NCBI GenBank assembly: GCA_019311105.1
Contig: JAFDDA010000018.1
Location: 14,250-78,249 of the forward strand
Direction of reading: 5' to 3'
Length of the DNA stretch: 64,000 bases
From: Deltaproteobacteria bacterium
Lineage (GTDB): Bacteria > Myxococcota_A > UBA9160 > JAFDDA01
In this document: in pieces, positions 8,822 through 18,171 of the stretch
Numbering within the stretch: position 1 is the first letter of the stretch
Layout: every line of letters begins with the position of its first letter
Position numbers and translations under genes: made by a program
The notes under the pieces: generated by a model
Told to the model about the DNA's origin: nothing
Databases searched by the model: none
What the model saw: the letters and a program-made list of their open reading frames with translations, nothing else

Positions 8822-11659
8822 CTAGTCGGTTCGGATCTCCCGCGCGAAGATCGCCCGCAGGCGCTTCTGCGCATCCCGAATGGATTCCGCCAGGGTCGCC
8901 ACGTCCTCGGCGCCCGCGAGTTCCGCCACGAGCGGAGCGAGGGGCCCCTCGAGGTCGAGAGCCGACTCCGGGCGGCCAGTGACGAGGCGGAGCGAGGTCT
9001 CGGCGCGGCGCAACCGTTCGAGCCCGCCGAGGACATCGGCGGAGTCGCGGAGCAGGCCGAGCCGGCCGGCAGCCTCGAGGACGGCCGGGACGGAGCCACC
9101 GCGTAGCTCGGGTCGCCGCGGGCCTTCTCGCAACGCGAGGTACTGCGCCAGGAACTCCGCGTCGACGATGCCACCGGGCGCATGCTTCAAGTCGAGCCAG
9201 TTGGGCCCCGTGCGCGCGAGTTCGCGCTCCATGCGGCCGCGCATGCGCAAGACCTCTGGCGCGAGGTCCGGATACTTCAAGAATTCGAAGAGGGCCGAGT
9301 GGACGGTCTCCATCACCCGCGCGTTGAAGTCGGGGTCGCCCGCCACCGGTCGGGCGCGCAAGAGGGCCTGCGCTTCCCAGATCTGGGCGCGACGCTCGTG
9401 ATAGAGGCGGAAGGACGCGAGGCTCGCCACCAGGGTTCCGCCATGGCCCGACGGGCGCAGGCGCGTGTCGACCTCGTAGGCCCGCCCCGCGGCGGTCGGT
9501 GTCGTGAGGTAGAGGATCACCCGCTGGGTGAGCCGCGCCGCCCACTCCTGCGCGAGCGGCGCTTCGACGCCCTCCCGGGCTTCGTAGAGGAACACGAGGT
9601 CGAGATCGGAGTGGAAGGTCATCTCGCGAGAGCCGAGCTTGCCGAGAGCGAGGATGCACAAACTCGCGGGCTCGTGCCCCGGGTTGCGACCGCGGGAGCT
9701 GGGGTCGTGATGCTGGGCGAGAGCGAGGCCGCCGAGCAGCACCCGCTCGGCGGCGGCGGACAGCGCTGCTTCGAGTTCGGCCTCGCTGGCCTCTCCGCGA
9801 ATCCGCCGGGCGGCAACCCGGACCGAGGCGTCGCGCCGGGCACTGCGCAGGGCGTCGAGCCCCGCTTCGAGGTCGTCGCTGGGTGTGAGGTCTTCGCTGG
9901 CCGGCGTCGAGGCGTCGTCTCCGGGCACGAAGGCGCGGAGCAGCGCGGGCCGGCGGATCAGGTGGGAAACGAGTTCCGGATCTGTCGCCAGGAAGAGGCC
10001 GAGCGCCGGGGCGGCGTCCGGAGCATCGGCGAGCTCTGCCGCGTCTCCGCCCTCTGCGAACACGGCGCGAGCCAGGCGTTCCGCCGCCGGCCGGGCCCGC
10101 TCGACGGCCGGCGCAGCGGCCGCGCGCACGATTTCCTGGGCAAAGGCTTCCGGCGAACCACAGGCCTGGCGCCAACGATCTGCGTCCGGGCCCTGCGCGG
10201 CCACCCGTACTTCGCGCTGGGTCAATAGGGACTCGAAGGCCCCTCGCACCCGGGCGCGTGTCGAGTCGAGATCGTGGACGAGCTGCCGCGCCGCCGCTTC
10301 GCCGTCGGGGTCGGCGCGACCGAGGCGGCGGGCGAGGCGGCGAAGGCCGTCGGCGTCGGCGGGGATCTCATGGGTCTGACGATCCTCGGCCATCTGGATC
10401 GCGTTCTCGGCCCGCCGCAGGAAGTCGTAGTCATCGGCCAACGTGCTGGCCACGTCGGCGTCGAGGATGCCGAGCTCGGCCAGGTTCGAGAGCACCTCGG
10501 CCGTATTCGTTGCGCGCAGGGTTTCGTGCCGCCCGCCGTAGAACGCCTGGAGGCCCTGGACGACGAACTCGGCCTCCCGGATACCGCCCGGCCCGAGTTT
10601 GATGTTGCGGTCCGCGCCACGCGCGTCGACCTCGATCTTCTGCTTCACGTCGCGCACGTTCTGAACGACTTCATAGGAGCCGTAGCGGCGGTAGACGAAG
10701 GGGCGCAGCTCGGCCACGATGCGTTCGCCCAGCGCCAGGTCGCCCGCGCAAGGCCGGGCGCGGATCCACGCCACGCGTTCCCAGGTCCGGCCAAAGCGTT
10801 CGTAGAAGTCGACCAGGCCATCGGCGGAGTTCACCAGCGGGCCCGCGCGACCCTCGGGCCGGAGCTCGAGATCCACGCGGAAGACGAAGCCATCCTGGGT
10901 CGTCTCTGACAGCAGGGTGCGCAGGCTCGTCACGGCACGTGTGAGCCGCTGGTAGCACGCGTCGTCGGCGTCGGGCACGCCGTGGGCGAACAACACGTCG
11001 ATGTCCGAGGAGTAGTTGAGCTCGCGCCCCCCGAGCTTGCCCATGGCCACCACGCTGAGCAAGCCCGCAACATCGTGCACGGCCTCGGTGGCCCGGAGTC
11101 CTGCGGCAAGGCTGGCGTCGGCGAGGTCCGAGAGCTCGCGTGTGGTCTCGGAAGCGGGCACGCCGGACAACGCCCGGGCTGTCAAACGGAACATCTCGGC
11201 GTAGCGGTTGCGGCGCAGCGCCTGCCCGGCGCGGTCGAGCCGCAGCGGGGTTTCGAGCTCGCGAAGTTGCGCTCGCGCCTCGTTCTCGCTGCGCGGCGGA
11301 AGGCTCGCGGCGGAGCACACCTCACGGACGGCGTCGGGCAGGCGGCTCGCGCGGCGTGCCAGGAAGTCGGCGCCGCCGAGTACGCGCGCCAGGCTTTCCG
11401 CGCCCGGGGCCTCGAGGTCCGCGAGCGGCCCGTCCCCCCCCGGGCCCGGCGTGCCCAGCTCCACGAGGGCATGAAGCGCCGCGTCCGGTCGTGCGGATGC
11501 GAGCACGGCCGGCGCGATGCGTCGCCGCGCGCGCTCGGATAGCGAGCCCGACCCGTTCGACCACCCCTCGGTGAAGGTCGCCGGCTCGGCTACGCCCGCC
11601 CGCGCCAGGGCCTCCGGGCCGAGGGTGCCCTCGAGCAGGCTTGCGGCCAGCCCCGCCAT
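8822..11659 (-). CDS. glnE: Bifunctional glutamine synthetase adenylyltransferase/adenylyl-removing enzyme
   Basis: Two nucleotidyltransferase motifs, MGKLGGRELNYSSDID and LGKLGSREMTFHSDLD; RVDLELRPEG; KLGPGGIRE. Confidence 0.93.
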   Translation of the reverse strand: MAGLAASLLEGTLGPEALARAGVAEPATFTEGWSNGSGSLSERARRRIAPAVLASARPDAALHALVELGTPGPGGDGPLADLEAPGAESLARVLGGADFLARRASRLPDAVREVCSAASLPPRSENEARAQLRELETPLRLDRAGQALRRNRYAEMFRLTARALSGVPASETTRELSDLADASLAAGLRATEAVHDVAGLLSVVAMGKLGGRELNYSSDIDVLFAHGVPDADDACYQRLTRAVTSLRTLLSETTQDGFVFRVDLELRPEGRAGPLVNSADGLVDFYERFGRTWERVAWIRARPCAGDLALGERIVAELRPFVYRRYGSYEVVQNVRDVKQKIEVDARGADRNIKLGPGGIREAEFVVQGLQAFYGGRHETLRATNTAEVLSNLAELGILDADVASTLADDYDFLRRAENAIQMAEDRQTHEIPADADGLRRLARRLGRADPDGEAAARQLVHDLDSTRARVRGAFESLLTQREVRVAAQGPDADRWRQACGSPEAFAQEIVRAAAAPAVERARPAAERLARAVFAEGGDAAELADAPDAAPALGLFLATDPELVSHLIRRPALLRAFVPGDDASTPASEDLTPSDDLEAGLDALRSARRDASVRVAARRIRGEASEAELEAALSAAAERVLLGGLALAQHHDPSSRGRNPGHEPASLCILALGKLGSREMTFHSDLDLVFLYEAREGVEAPLAQEWAARLTQRVILYLTTPTAAGRAYEVDTRLRPSGHGGTLVASLASFRLYHERRAQIWEAQALLRARPVAGDPDFNARVMETVHSALFEFLKYPDLAPEVLRMRGRMERELARTGPNWLDLKHAPGGIVDAEFLAQYLALREGPRRPELRGGSVPAVLEAAGRLGLLRDSADVLGGLERLRRAETSLRLVTGRPESALDLEGPLAPLVAELAGAEDVATLAESIRDAQKRLRAIFAREIRTD

Positions 11660-11701
11660 GTCTTCGTGTTCGGTCAGGTCGGAGCCCTCTTCGCCGGGGC
11701 G

Positions 11702-13757
11702 CTAGGCCCCGTCCTCGTCGGAGCCGATCTGGATGTCGAGCTCCTTGCGTTGCTGCTCGGCGCGTTCGGCGGCTGCGGCCCGCTCTCGCTGGATCTCGAT
11801 CTTGAGTTCCTTGCGCGCTTCTTCCGCGGCCTCGCGCTCGCTCGCAATCCGACCGCGGCGAAGCTCGAGCAGCTTCCGCTCGAGCAGGCGGTTGCGTTGG
11901 GTCACGAGCTCGCGTGGCACAGCCGGATCGATCTCCCCGGGAGCATGCTGGAGTGTGATGTGTTCTGTGGCCGTGCGGCCATCCTCGGCGATCACCAGGA
12001 CCTCGATCTCGTTGATTCCGATCGCCAGCGGGACGAGCGCGGTCCAGGAGCCGTCGGCATTGAGCTGGACGTGGTCGGCTTCCGTGTTGTTCGTGAGATT
12101 CTGGACGCGCAGGGTCTCGACGTCCGTGAAGCGGACCACCTCCACGACCTGGACCAACTCGCCGGGGTTTCGCACCGGCGTGAACTGGCCGTCCGTGCGG
12201 CCCGCCATCTCCACGGTGGCCATCGGGCCTTCGAGCGCATCCGGCCCGAGGGCAAAGGAGTGGATCGTGATCTCGCCCCGCCGCGCGCGGTCGGCCGCGC
12301 GGAGGACGGCTTCGACGTTTCCGCGGGACCCGCCGGAGTAGGGCAGGGTGGGCTGCCCGTCGGTGAAGAAGAGCACGACCTTCTCGGAGTCGGCGTCGCT
12401 CTGGGAAAGGCTCCCGCGGAGGCCGAGCAGCTCGATGGTGGCCCGGTCGACGCCCGCGGCCATGTGGGTCCCGCCGCTCGGCCCGCGCCGGAAGATGCGG
12501 TTGAGTGCGTCCTCGATCCGGCCATAGTCGGCCGTGAGGGGCTCCTCGGTGACGGCTGCGTCGGGGGCCCTGCGCATGAACCCCTCGTCCGGGGGCACGC
12601 CTGCGAAAGAGACCACGCCGACTCGGGTCGTGCGGGGGTCGAGCCCGTGAAGCAGATGGCGGGCCGCGAGGATTGTCGGCACCCGTCGGGACGACGGTCG
12701 AGCCCGACGTGTCGAGCACGAACACGACGTCGAAGCGCTGCACGTCGCCGACGTCGACCATGGCGTGCCCCGCGAGGAAGCCGCCGCCGCGGTTCCCCAC
12801 CACGGCGTCCGGGCCTGGGTACTCGATGGTCACCCGGAGCTCCGCCGGGCCCACGTCCTCGGGGCGCCCGACCCGTGGGGGCCCGGTCGCCTTGGGAGGG
12901 TGCCGTAGGGGCGGCGGTTCGGTGCGCGCGACCTTCGGTGCGTTCGGCAGCGGGTCGTCATCGCGCTTCTTGGCCTGCTGGGCCTTCTGCCCGAAGGGAT
13001 TGCCGCGCGGTGGGTCGAGATCCCAGGCGTAGGCCTGGTAGAACGAAAACGGTTGGCCGAGCCCTTCGGCGAGCGGTGTCTCGAGCGCTTCGAGTACACC
13101 CGAGATCGGTGCGACGCCGACCCGGTACGTCCCGGCCACGGGCCACGCACCTTCGAGGATGCCGTGGAGCTGGCCCGTCTCGGCCGAAACGACGGGGGCT
13201 CCGCCCCAGCCGCGCAGGTCGCCGGGCACGTCGAGCTCGACCTCGATGCGCTCGGCACCGACCTCGACCACGGTCCCGAAAAGGTCGTCTTCGTCCTGAG
13301 CGATGGCGTTGGGGATGCCGAGCAGTCGGACGCGTGTGCCCGAGCGCAGCCGCCCGGGGTCCGGTTCGAGCACCGTCACGCCCGAGGGCGCGAGGTCGAG
13401 GGCGAACACGATGTAGTCGCTGCGCAGGGTGCCGCCCTTCATGCGAAAGGGCTTGCCGGGTTTCACGAGGTAGCGGCTCGAGATCGCGACCTGGCTCTTC
13501 GAGGCCGGCCGTTCGAAGCGCACCTCACCGGCGCGCCCGAGCTTCGCGAGGTCGAAGGAGTGGGCCGCGCCGACGGCCACCACGCCGACCTCGTCGCCCG
13601 GCGCCGGGATGAAGAAGACCGTGCTGTGGCTCTCGACCTTGCCGTCGAGCACGTAGGTTGGCCGCGCGACCGAGGGCAGCGGGCTCGCTGCCGCGGGGCC
13701 AACCGCCGCGATCCACAGGCCGAGGGAGAGCGCGGAGGGCAGGAGCCGGCGCAACAT
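11702..13757 (-). pseudogene. Secreted trypsin-like + VWA + Ig-like/coiled-coil protein, frameshifted at about 12674
   Basis: Signal peptide from MLRRLL (13757); MIDAS DTSGS lies in one frame and the rest of the VWA domain (GVVSFAG, THMAAG, FFTDG) in another. Confidence 0.75.
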
Positions 13758-13817
13758 GCCGGCCAATCTAGGTGAGGGCCCCAGGGCTGTCATCTCGTGT
13801 GCGGGGGCTGCCTCGCA

Positions 13818-13947
13818 TGGGCTGAGCTTGATCCCGGTGTCGAGTTCCTGTGGGCTGAGCTTGACCCCGGTGTCGAGTTCCTGTGGGCTGAGCTTGACCC
13901 CGGTGTCGAGTTCCTGTGGGCTGAGCTTGACCCCGGTGTCGAGTTCC
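13818..13947. repeat. 33-bp tandem repeat x4, each unit an imperfect hairpin
   Basis: tgggctgagcttgaccccggtgtcgagttcctg at 13818, 13851, 13884 and 13917; gagcttgac pairs with gtcgagttc with two G-T pairs. Confidence 0.95.
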
Positions 13948-14041
13948 ATAGGATCGTCATCGCCCCTTCGTCCGTTCCTCCAGGAAGACCCCGCTCCTGG
14001 ATTCGATACACGTCCCGCCGGAGCCCGATGCTCCGGGTACC

Positions 14042-14905
14042 TTGGATGCCGCTGCGACCCATGTGGATCGCACGCTCGATGGCTTGCGCCTGCGCGAGCA
14101 GCCGATTGCGGTGGCCGAGGTCGCCCAGGCCCTGCTGGCGAGCCCCGCGCCGCCGCCGGCGGCGGTCGCTCGCCAGGTGGTCGCCGCGGCGCTGAACCGC
14201 TCGCCCGACAGCCTGCCCGAGTGGCTCGTCCCCGAGGAGCTCACGCCCGCCGCCGACGCACCGCTCGGTGCGCAGACCCCGCTCGACCGCGCGGAGTTCC
14301 ACGTGGTCGACCTCGAGACGACGGGGTTGTCGCACACGTGTGAGATCCTCGAGATCGGCGCCGTGCATGTGGCGGCGGGTCGACGTGTCTCGCACTTCTT
14401 CAGCTTGATCCGGCCGAGCGGCCGCATCCCCGCGAAGATCACCACGCTCACGGGGATCGACGACCGGATGGTCCGCGACGCGCCGCGTGCGAGCGAGTGC
14501 CTGGCCCGGTTTCGCGCCTGGCTCGACCGCTCGCCCGACGCGCCCTTCGTGGCCCACAACGCGCCATTCGATTCGGGATTCGTGGGGCGGGCCTTTGCGC
14601 AGCACGGCCTGCGCCCGCTCTCGACGCCGATCCTGTGCACGCGCAAGCTGGGTCGGCGGGCGGTCCCGACGCTGACGCGCTTCAACCTCGACCTGCTCTG
14701 TCGGCACTTTGGGATCGACAACGGGGCCCGCCACCGTGCCGCGGGCGACGCTGCGGCCACCGCCGAGCTGTTGTTGGAGATGCTGGCGTGCGTGCGAACG
14801 GACGCCGGGGTGGAGACGCTGGGCGACCTGTATGCGCTGCTCGAGCGGCGGCCGCCGCCGCGGCCACGCAGTGCGGCTTCGCGGCGGGTGCGCGTCCGCT
14901 TCTAG
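14042..14905 (+). CDS. DEDDh 3'-5' exonuclease (DnaQ/PolC-epsilon-like)
   Basis: VVDLETTG, FVAHNAPFD, HRAAGDA. Confidence 0.88.
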   Translation: MDAAATHVDRTLDGLRLREQPIAVAEVAQALLASPAPPPAAVARQVVAAALNRSPDSLPEWLVPEELTPAADAPLGAQTPLDRAEFHVVDLETTGLSHTCEILEIGAVHVAAGRRVSHFFSLIRPSGRIPAKITTLTGIDDRMVRDAPRASECLARFRAWLDRSPDAPFVAHNAPFDSGFVGRAFAQHGLRPLSTPILCTRKLGRRAVPTLTRFNLDLLCRHFGIDNGARHRAAGDAAATAELLLEMLACVRTDAGVETLGDLYALLERRPPPRPRSAASRRVRVRF

Positions 14906-14926
14906 GCGACGGGTAGACTTCCTCTT

Positions 14927-16300
14927 CTAGGGCTGGGGAGGGGGCGCTGCAACGTCGGGGAGTGTCGCGCCGGCGGAGACGTCGAGCTCCTTCAGCTGAC
15001 GCGCCGCACGTTCTTCGGCCTCGTGCCGGTCGCGGAGGAAGACCTCCACCAGCCGTTGCTGCTCGAGCCCGGTGCTGATCTCGAGCTGCTTCTCGCCGGT
15101 CAGCAATCGCAGCCGGCGCGCGGCCAGGTCGTCGGGGACGAAGGGCTGGGCCGACCCGGGCGCGTAGTGCACGAAACGCTCGGCCTCGGCCGTCACGTTG
15201 CCCACCTGGGCCCGGACGAAGATCCGGTTCTTGCCGGGCTTCAGCGGGACCAGGGCATCGAAGGTGCCGTCCTCCCCGAGATGGATCTTCCGCGCCCCCT
15301 CACCGAGGGTGACGTTGCGGATCTCGAGGGCGTCGAAGCGGGCGAAACGGATCGATTTCACCGCCGCCGTCAGGTCGCGTGGGTTCTTGACCGGGGTGAA
15401 CACACCTCCGGTGCGTCGCGCCATCTCGACCGCCGCAACCGGTCGGCCCAGCGCTTCGGGCCCGACCGCGAAGGAGAAGACCCGGACGCCGTAGGCCGCC
15501 GCGCGTTCGGCGGCGGTGATGACGGCGAGTTCGTTGGATTCGCTCTTGGTGTAGGGCAGGGTGGGCGTTCCATCCGTGAAGAAGACCACGACTTTCTGGG
15601 TCGCCCCGTCGTCCCGGGGACGCGAGCGGCCCCGGCCGATCAGTTCATTTACCGCCTGGTCGAGGCCGGCAGCCATGTGGGTCCGGCCCGCCGCGCCCCG
15701 CCGATCGATGCGCTGCAGCCCGGCTTCGAGGGCGTCGAGGTGGCGCGTCAACGTGACCTCGGTGCGCGCCGCCGCGAGTGTGCCGGGGGCGACGCCTTCG
15801 CCCTCGCCCGAGAAGCTCACGATCCCGAGGCGCGTGTTGCGCGGGTCGACGTTCTCGAGCAGCAGGCGGGCCGAGGCGAGCTCGGCGTCGAGGACGGTCT
15901 CGCTGGCTCGCGGGTCGGGCGGGTCACCCCGGACGCGTCGAACCACCTTGTCGATCTTGCCGCCCGAGAGGCGGGAGGTGGATCGCGACGTGTCGATGAC
16001 CACCACCGCGTCGACGCTCCCGGGGACGCCGAAGGGCGCATCGAGCTGCCCGGCGAGGTAGGCATCGGAGCTGTCGCTGAAGATGGTGCCGTTCTCGGGG
16101 AAGGCGAGTTCCAGATCCACCCGCTCGGGAGGGCCGGGGACCCGCGGGGCGAGGGCGTGCTGGGCCGCCTCGGCCGGCTCCATCTCGACGTAGGCCCGGC
16201 CGTCCTGGTAGCCGATCGAGCGGGACGAACCGCAGCTTGCGAGCAGCGTGACGAGCACCAGGGCGAGGGCCAGCTGAAGAGGGCGGCTCGGGGATTCCAT
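14927..16300 (-). CDS. VWA-domain lipoprotein, paralog of 11702-13757
   Basis: Lipobox LLASC; MIDAS DTSRS, THMAAG, FFTDG; Ig-like ALVPLKPGKNRI; C-terminal QLKELDV. Confidence 0.85.
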   Translation of the reverse strand: MESPSRPLQLALALVLVTLLASCGSSRSIGYQDGRAYVEMEPAEAAQHALAPRVPGPPERVDLELAFPENGTIFSDSSDAYLAGQLDAPFGVPGSVDAVVVIDTSRSTSRLSGGKIDKVVRRVRGDPPDPRASETVLDAELASARLLLENVDPRNTRLGIVSFSGEGEGVAPGTLAAARTEVTLTRHLDALEAGLQRIDRRGAAGRTHMAAGLDQAVNELIGRGRSRPRDDGATQKVVVFFTDGTPTLPYTKSESNELAVITAAERAAAYGVRVFSFAVGPEALGRPVAAVEMARRTGGVFTPVKNPRDLTAAVKSIRFARFDALEIRNVTLGEGARKIHLGEDGTFDALVPLKPGKNRIFVRAQVGNVTAEAERFVHYAPGSAQPFVPDDLAARRLRLLTGEKQLEISTGLEQQRLVEVFLRDRHEAEERAARQLKELDVSAGATLPDVAAPPPQP

Positions 16301-16393
16301 GGGGCGGAAGCTAGCAATCGAAGGCCGCTCAAGTCTCGTGCGGACGGGCTGAGGGGCAGGCGGGGCCCAGACGCGGCAGGCTGCCCGTCGGAC

Positions 16394-16420
16394 GTAAACC
16401 GCCTGGCCCCCAGGCGCGTC
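16394..16420 (+). promoter_or_regulatory. Putative ECF-type promoter upstream of the sigma gene
   Basis: GTAAAC-N17-CGTC fits the generic ECF AAC/CGT pattern. Confidence 0.45.
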
Positions 16421-16489
16421 CAACCCCTCGGAAACCGAGAGGTTGGCGCCCTGCGAGGCGGCTGGGAGATCCGGAGGTTGGAAGCGCCA

Positions 16490-17056
16490 ATGAGCGGCCG
16501 GGTGGAAGAGCTGGGCGCCCTCGAAGCCATGGCGAGGCCAGAGCTCGAAGGGGCCTTCGAAGCCTTCGTGGTCTCGCACCGCGAGCGTGCCCGGCGCCTC
16601 GCCTGGCGCCTGGTCGGAGGGGACCTCGGCGCTGCGGAGGACGTGGCCCAGGATGCGTTCCTGCGCGCCTACCGATCGCTCGGCCGATTCCGGCAGGAGG
16701 CAACCCTCTCGACCTGGTTCTACCGGATCCTGGTCCGGCAGGCGGCGAACCACCGCCGCTGGCGGCAGCTGCGCGAACGGATGGGCGGCTGGGGCGACCC
16801 GGAGGCCGCCGACCCGAGGGTTGCGCCGCCGGGCGACCCGGCGCTGCGGCTCCGGATCTCGAGTGCCATGGAGGAGCTCACCGGGAGGCAGCGTGAGGTG
16901 TTCGTGCTGATCCACCTGGAAGGCTTCACCGTGCGAGAAACCGCGGCCCTGCTCGGGCGGCCGGAGGGAACGGTGAAGAGTCACCTGCATCGGGCGCTCG
17001 CGCGCTTGCGCCAGGAGCTGGCCGATCTGCGCGACCTGGAAGGAGCGAACTCGTGA
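16490..17056 (+). CDS. ECF RNA polymerase sigma factor
   Basis: AEDVAQDAFLRAY, STWFYRI, RQREVFVL, GTVKSHLHRALARLR. Confidence 0.92.
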   Translation: MSGRVEELGALEAMARPELEGAFEAFVVSHRERARRLAWRLVGGDLGAAEDVAQDAFLRAYRSLGRFRQEATLSTWFYRILVRQAANHRRWRQLRERMGGWGDPEAADPRVAPPGDPALRLRISSAMEELTGRQREVFVLIHLEGFTVRETAALLGRPEGTVKSHLHRALARLRQELADLRDLEGANS

Positions 17057-17170
17057 ACGATCGAGGCGACCTGGAAGGAGAGAACTCGTGAACGATCGAG
17101 GCGACCTGGAAGGAGAGAACTCGTGAACGATCGAGGCGACCTGGAAGGAGAGAACTCGTGAACGATCGAG
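17031..17170 (+). repeat. 35-bp tandem repeat x4 spanning the sigma stop, RBS and anti-sigma start
   Basis: gcgacctggaaggagagaactcgtgaacgatcgag at 17031, 17066, 17101 and 17136 (copy 1 has one mismatch). Confidence 0.95.
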
Positions 17171-17514
17171 AACACGACGGACGCGAGCCCTGGCTCGAAG
17201 AACTCGATCGACATTGGCGGCCCGAAGCCCTCGATGACGTCGGTCGCGCCCGCTTCGACGCCCGGCTTCGCGAGCGGATGGACGCGACGGCACGGCCCTC
17301 GCTGGTGCGTCGCCTCGCACCGGTGGCGATCGCGCTGGCCCTCATGGCCCTCGCGGGTCTAGCCCTCCGGTCGCCCGAGGTTCCGCCCGCCGACGAGACG
17401 CAGCTCGCAGCTTGGGAGTGGGAGTTGCTGCTCAGCGATGAATTGAATGACGAGGATTCGAGCACCCTGCCCGAGGAGTACTCGGCCATCGCGAGTGCCT
17501 TCCTGATCCGCTGA
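17158..17514 (+). CDS. Putative anti-sigma factor, single TM
   Basis: Directly downstream of the ECF sigma; TM segment LAPVAIALALMALAGLAL; acidic C-terminus. Confidence 0.65.
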   Translation: MNDREHDGREPWLEELDRHWRPEALDDVGRARFDARLRERMDATARPSLVRRLAPVAIALALMALAGLALRSPEVPPADETQLAAWEWELLLSDELNDEDSSTLPEEYSAIASAFLIR

Positions 17515-17538
17515 ATGCGCCCAAAGAGAGGACCCGAC

Positions 17539-18171
17539 ATGAGACGAAGCTCACTGACCCTTGCGACCTTGGCATGGCTCGCGATCACTGGAATCGCGGA
17601 GGCCCGCCCACCGCATGGCCCGATGGGCGCCGGCCCGCCGCCGGGCGCCATGCTCGACTTCCACGCCGACGAGCTCGGTCTGGACGAAGACACGCGTGAG
17701 ACGATCCGAGAGATCGTCGAGGAGTCCCACACCGAAGGCCGCGCCCTGCACGGTGAGGTCCGAGAGGCGCGCGAGGCACTCCATCGGGAGCTGAAGGCGG
17801 AGCCGGTGGACCACGATGCCGTAATGGCCTTGGTCGAGCGCGCCGGCGCCCTCGAGACCGAGATGGAGAAGCATCGCATCGAGACGATGCTCGAGATCCG
17901 CGACCAGCTTTCGCCCGAGCAGCGCACCGCGTTGGTGGAGCTCCGCGGTCGGATGCGAGACCTCCACGTGAAGCCGATCCTGGACGCCTGCGAGGCGGAC
18001 GCGGAGGCGTTGTGCGAGGCCGGCAATCCGCGAGCGATCCACTGCCTGATGCGCCAACGGGGGGAGGTCTCCGAACAATGCGCGGCGGCTCTGGACGGGT
18101 TGCCTCGTCGCTTCGGTCGGGGTCACGAAGGCGAGGGGCACGGCCCGCCGCGTTTCGGGCCCGGCCGGTGA
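17539..18171 (+). CDS. Periplasmic Spy/CpxP/ZraP-like protein with a C-terminal Cys-rich repeat
   Basis: Signal peptide, ELGLDEDT...QLSPEQR (LTxxQ-like), then ACEADAEALC...HCLM...SEQC. Confidence 0.75.
   Translation: MRRSSLTLATLAWLAITGIAEARPPHGPMGAGPPPGAMLDFHADELGLDEDTRETIREIVEESHTEGRALHGEVREAREALHRELKAEPVDHDAVMALVERAGALETEMEKHRIETMLEIRDQLSPEQRTALVELRGRMRDLHVKPILDACEADAEALCEAGNPRAIHCLMRQRGEVSEQCAAALDGLPRRFGRGHEGEGHGPPRFGPGR

Noticed and set aside
13818-13947. CRISPR array (33-bp palindromic repeats beside a DEDDh nuclease)
   Set aside because: Units are contiguous with constant linkers, there are no unique spacers, and no cas genes occur in the window
11322-13949. 875-aa ORF as one real protein
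   Set aside because: After 12674 it is off-frame Arg-rich sequence overlapping glnE; the VWA domain continues in the 11702-12682 frame
17031-17170. CRISPR array (35-bp repeats)
   Set aside because: No spacers; the unit is a copy of the sigma/anti-sigma gene junction
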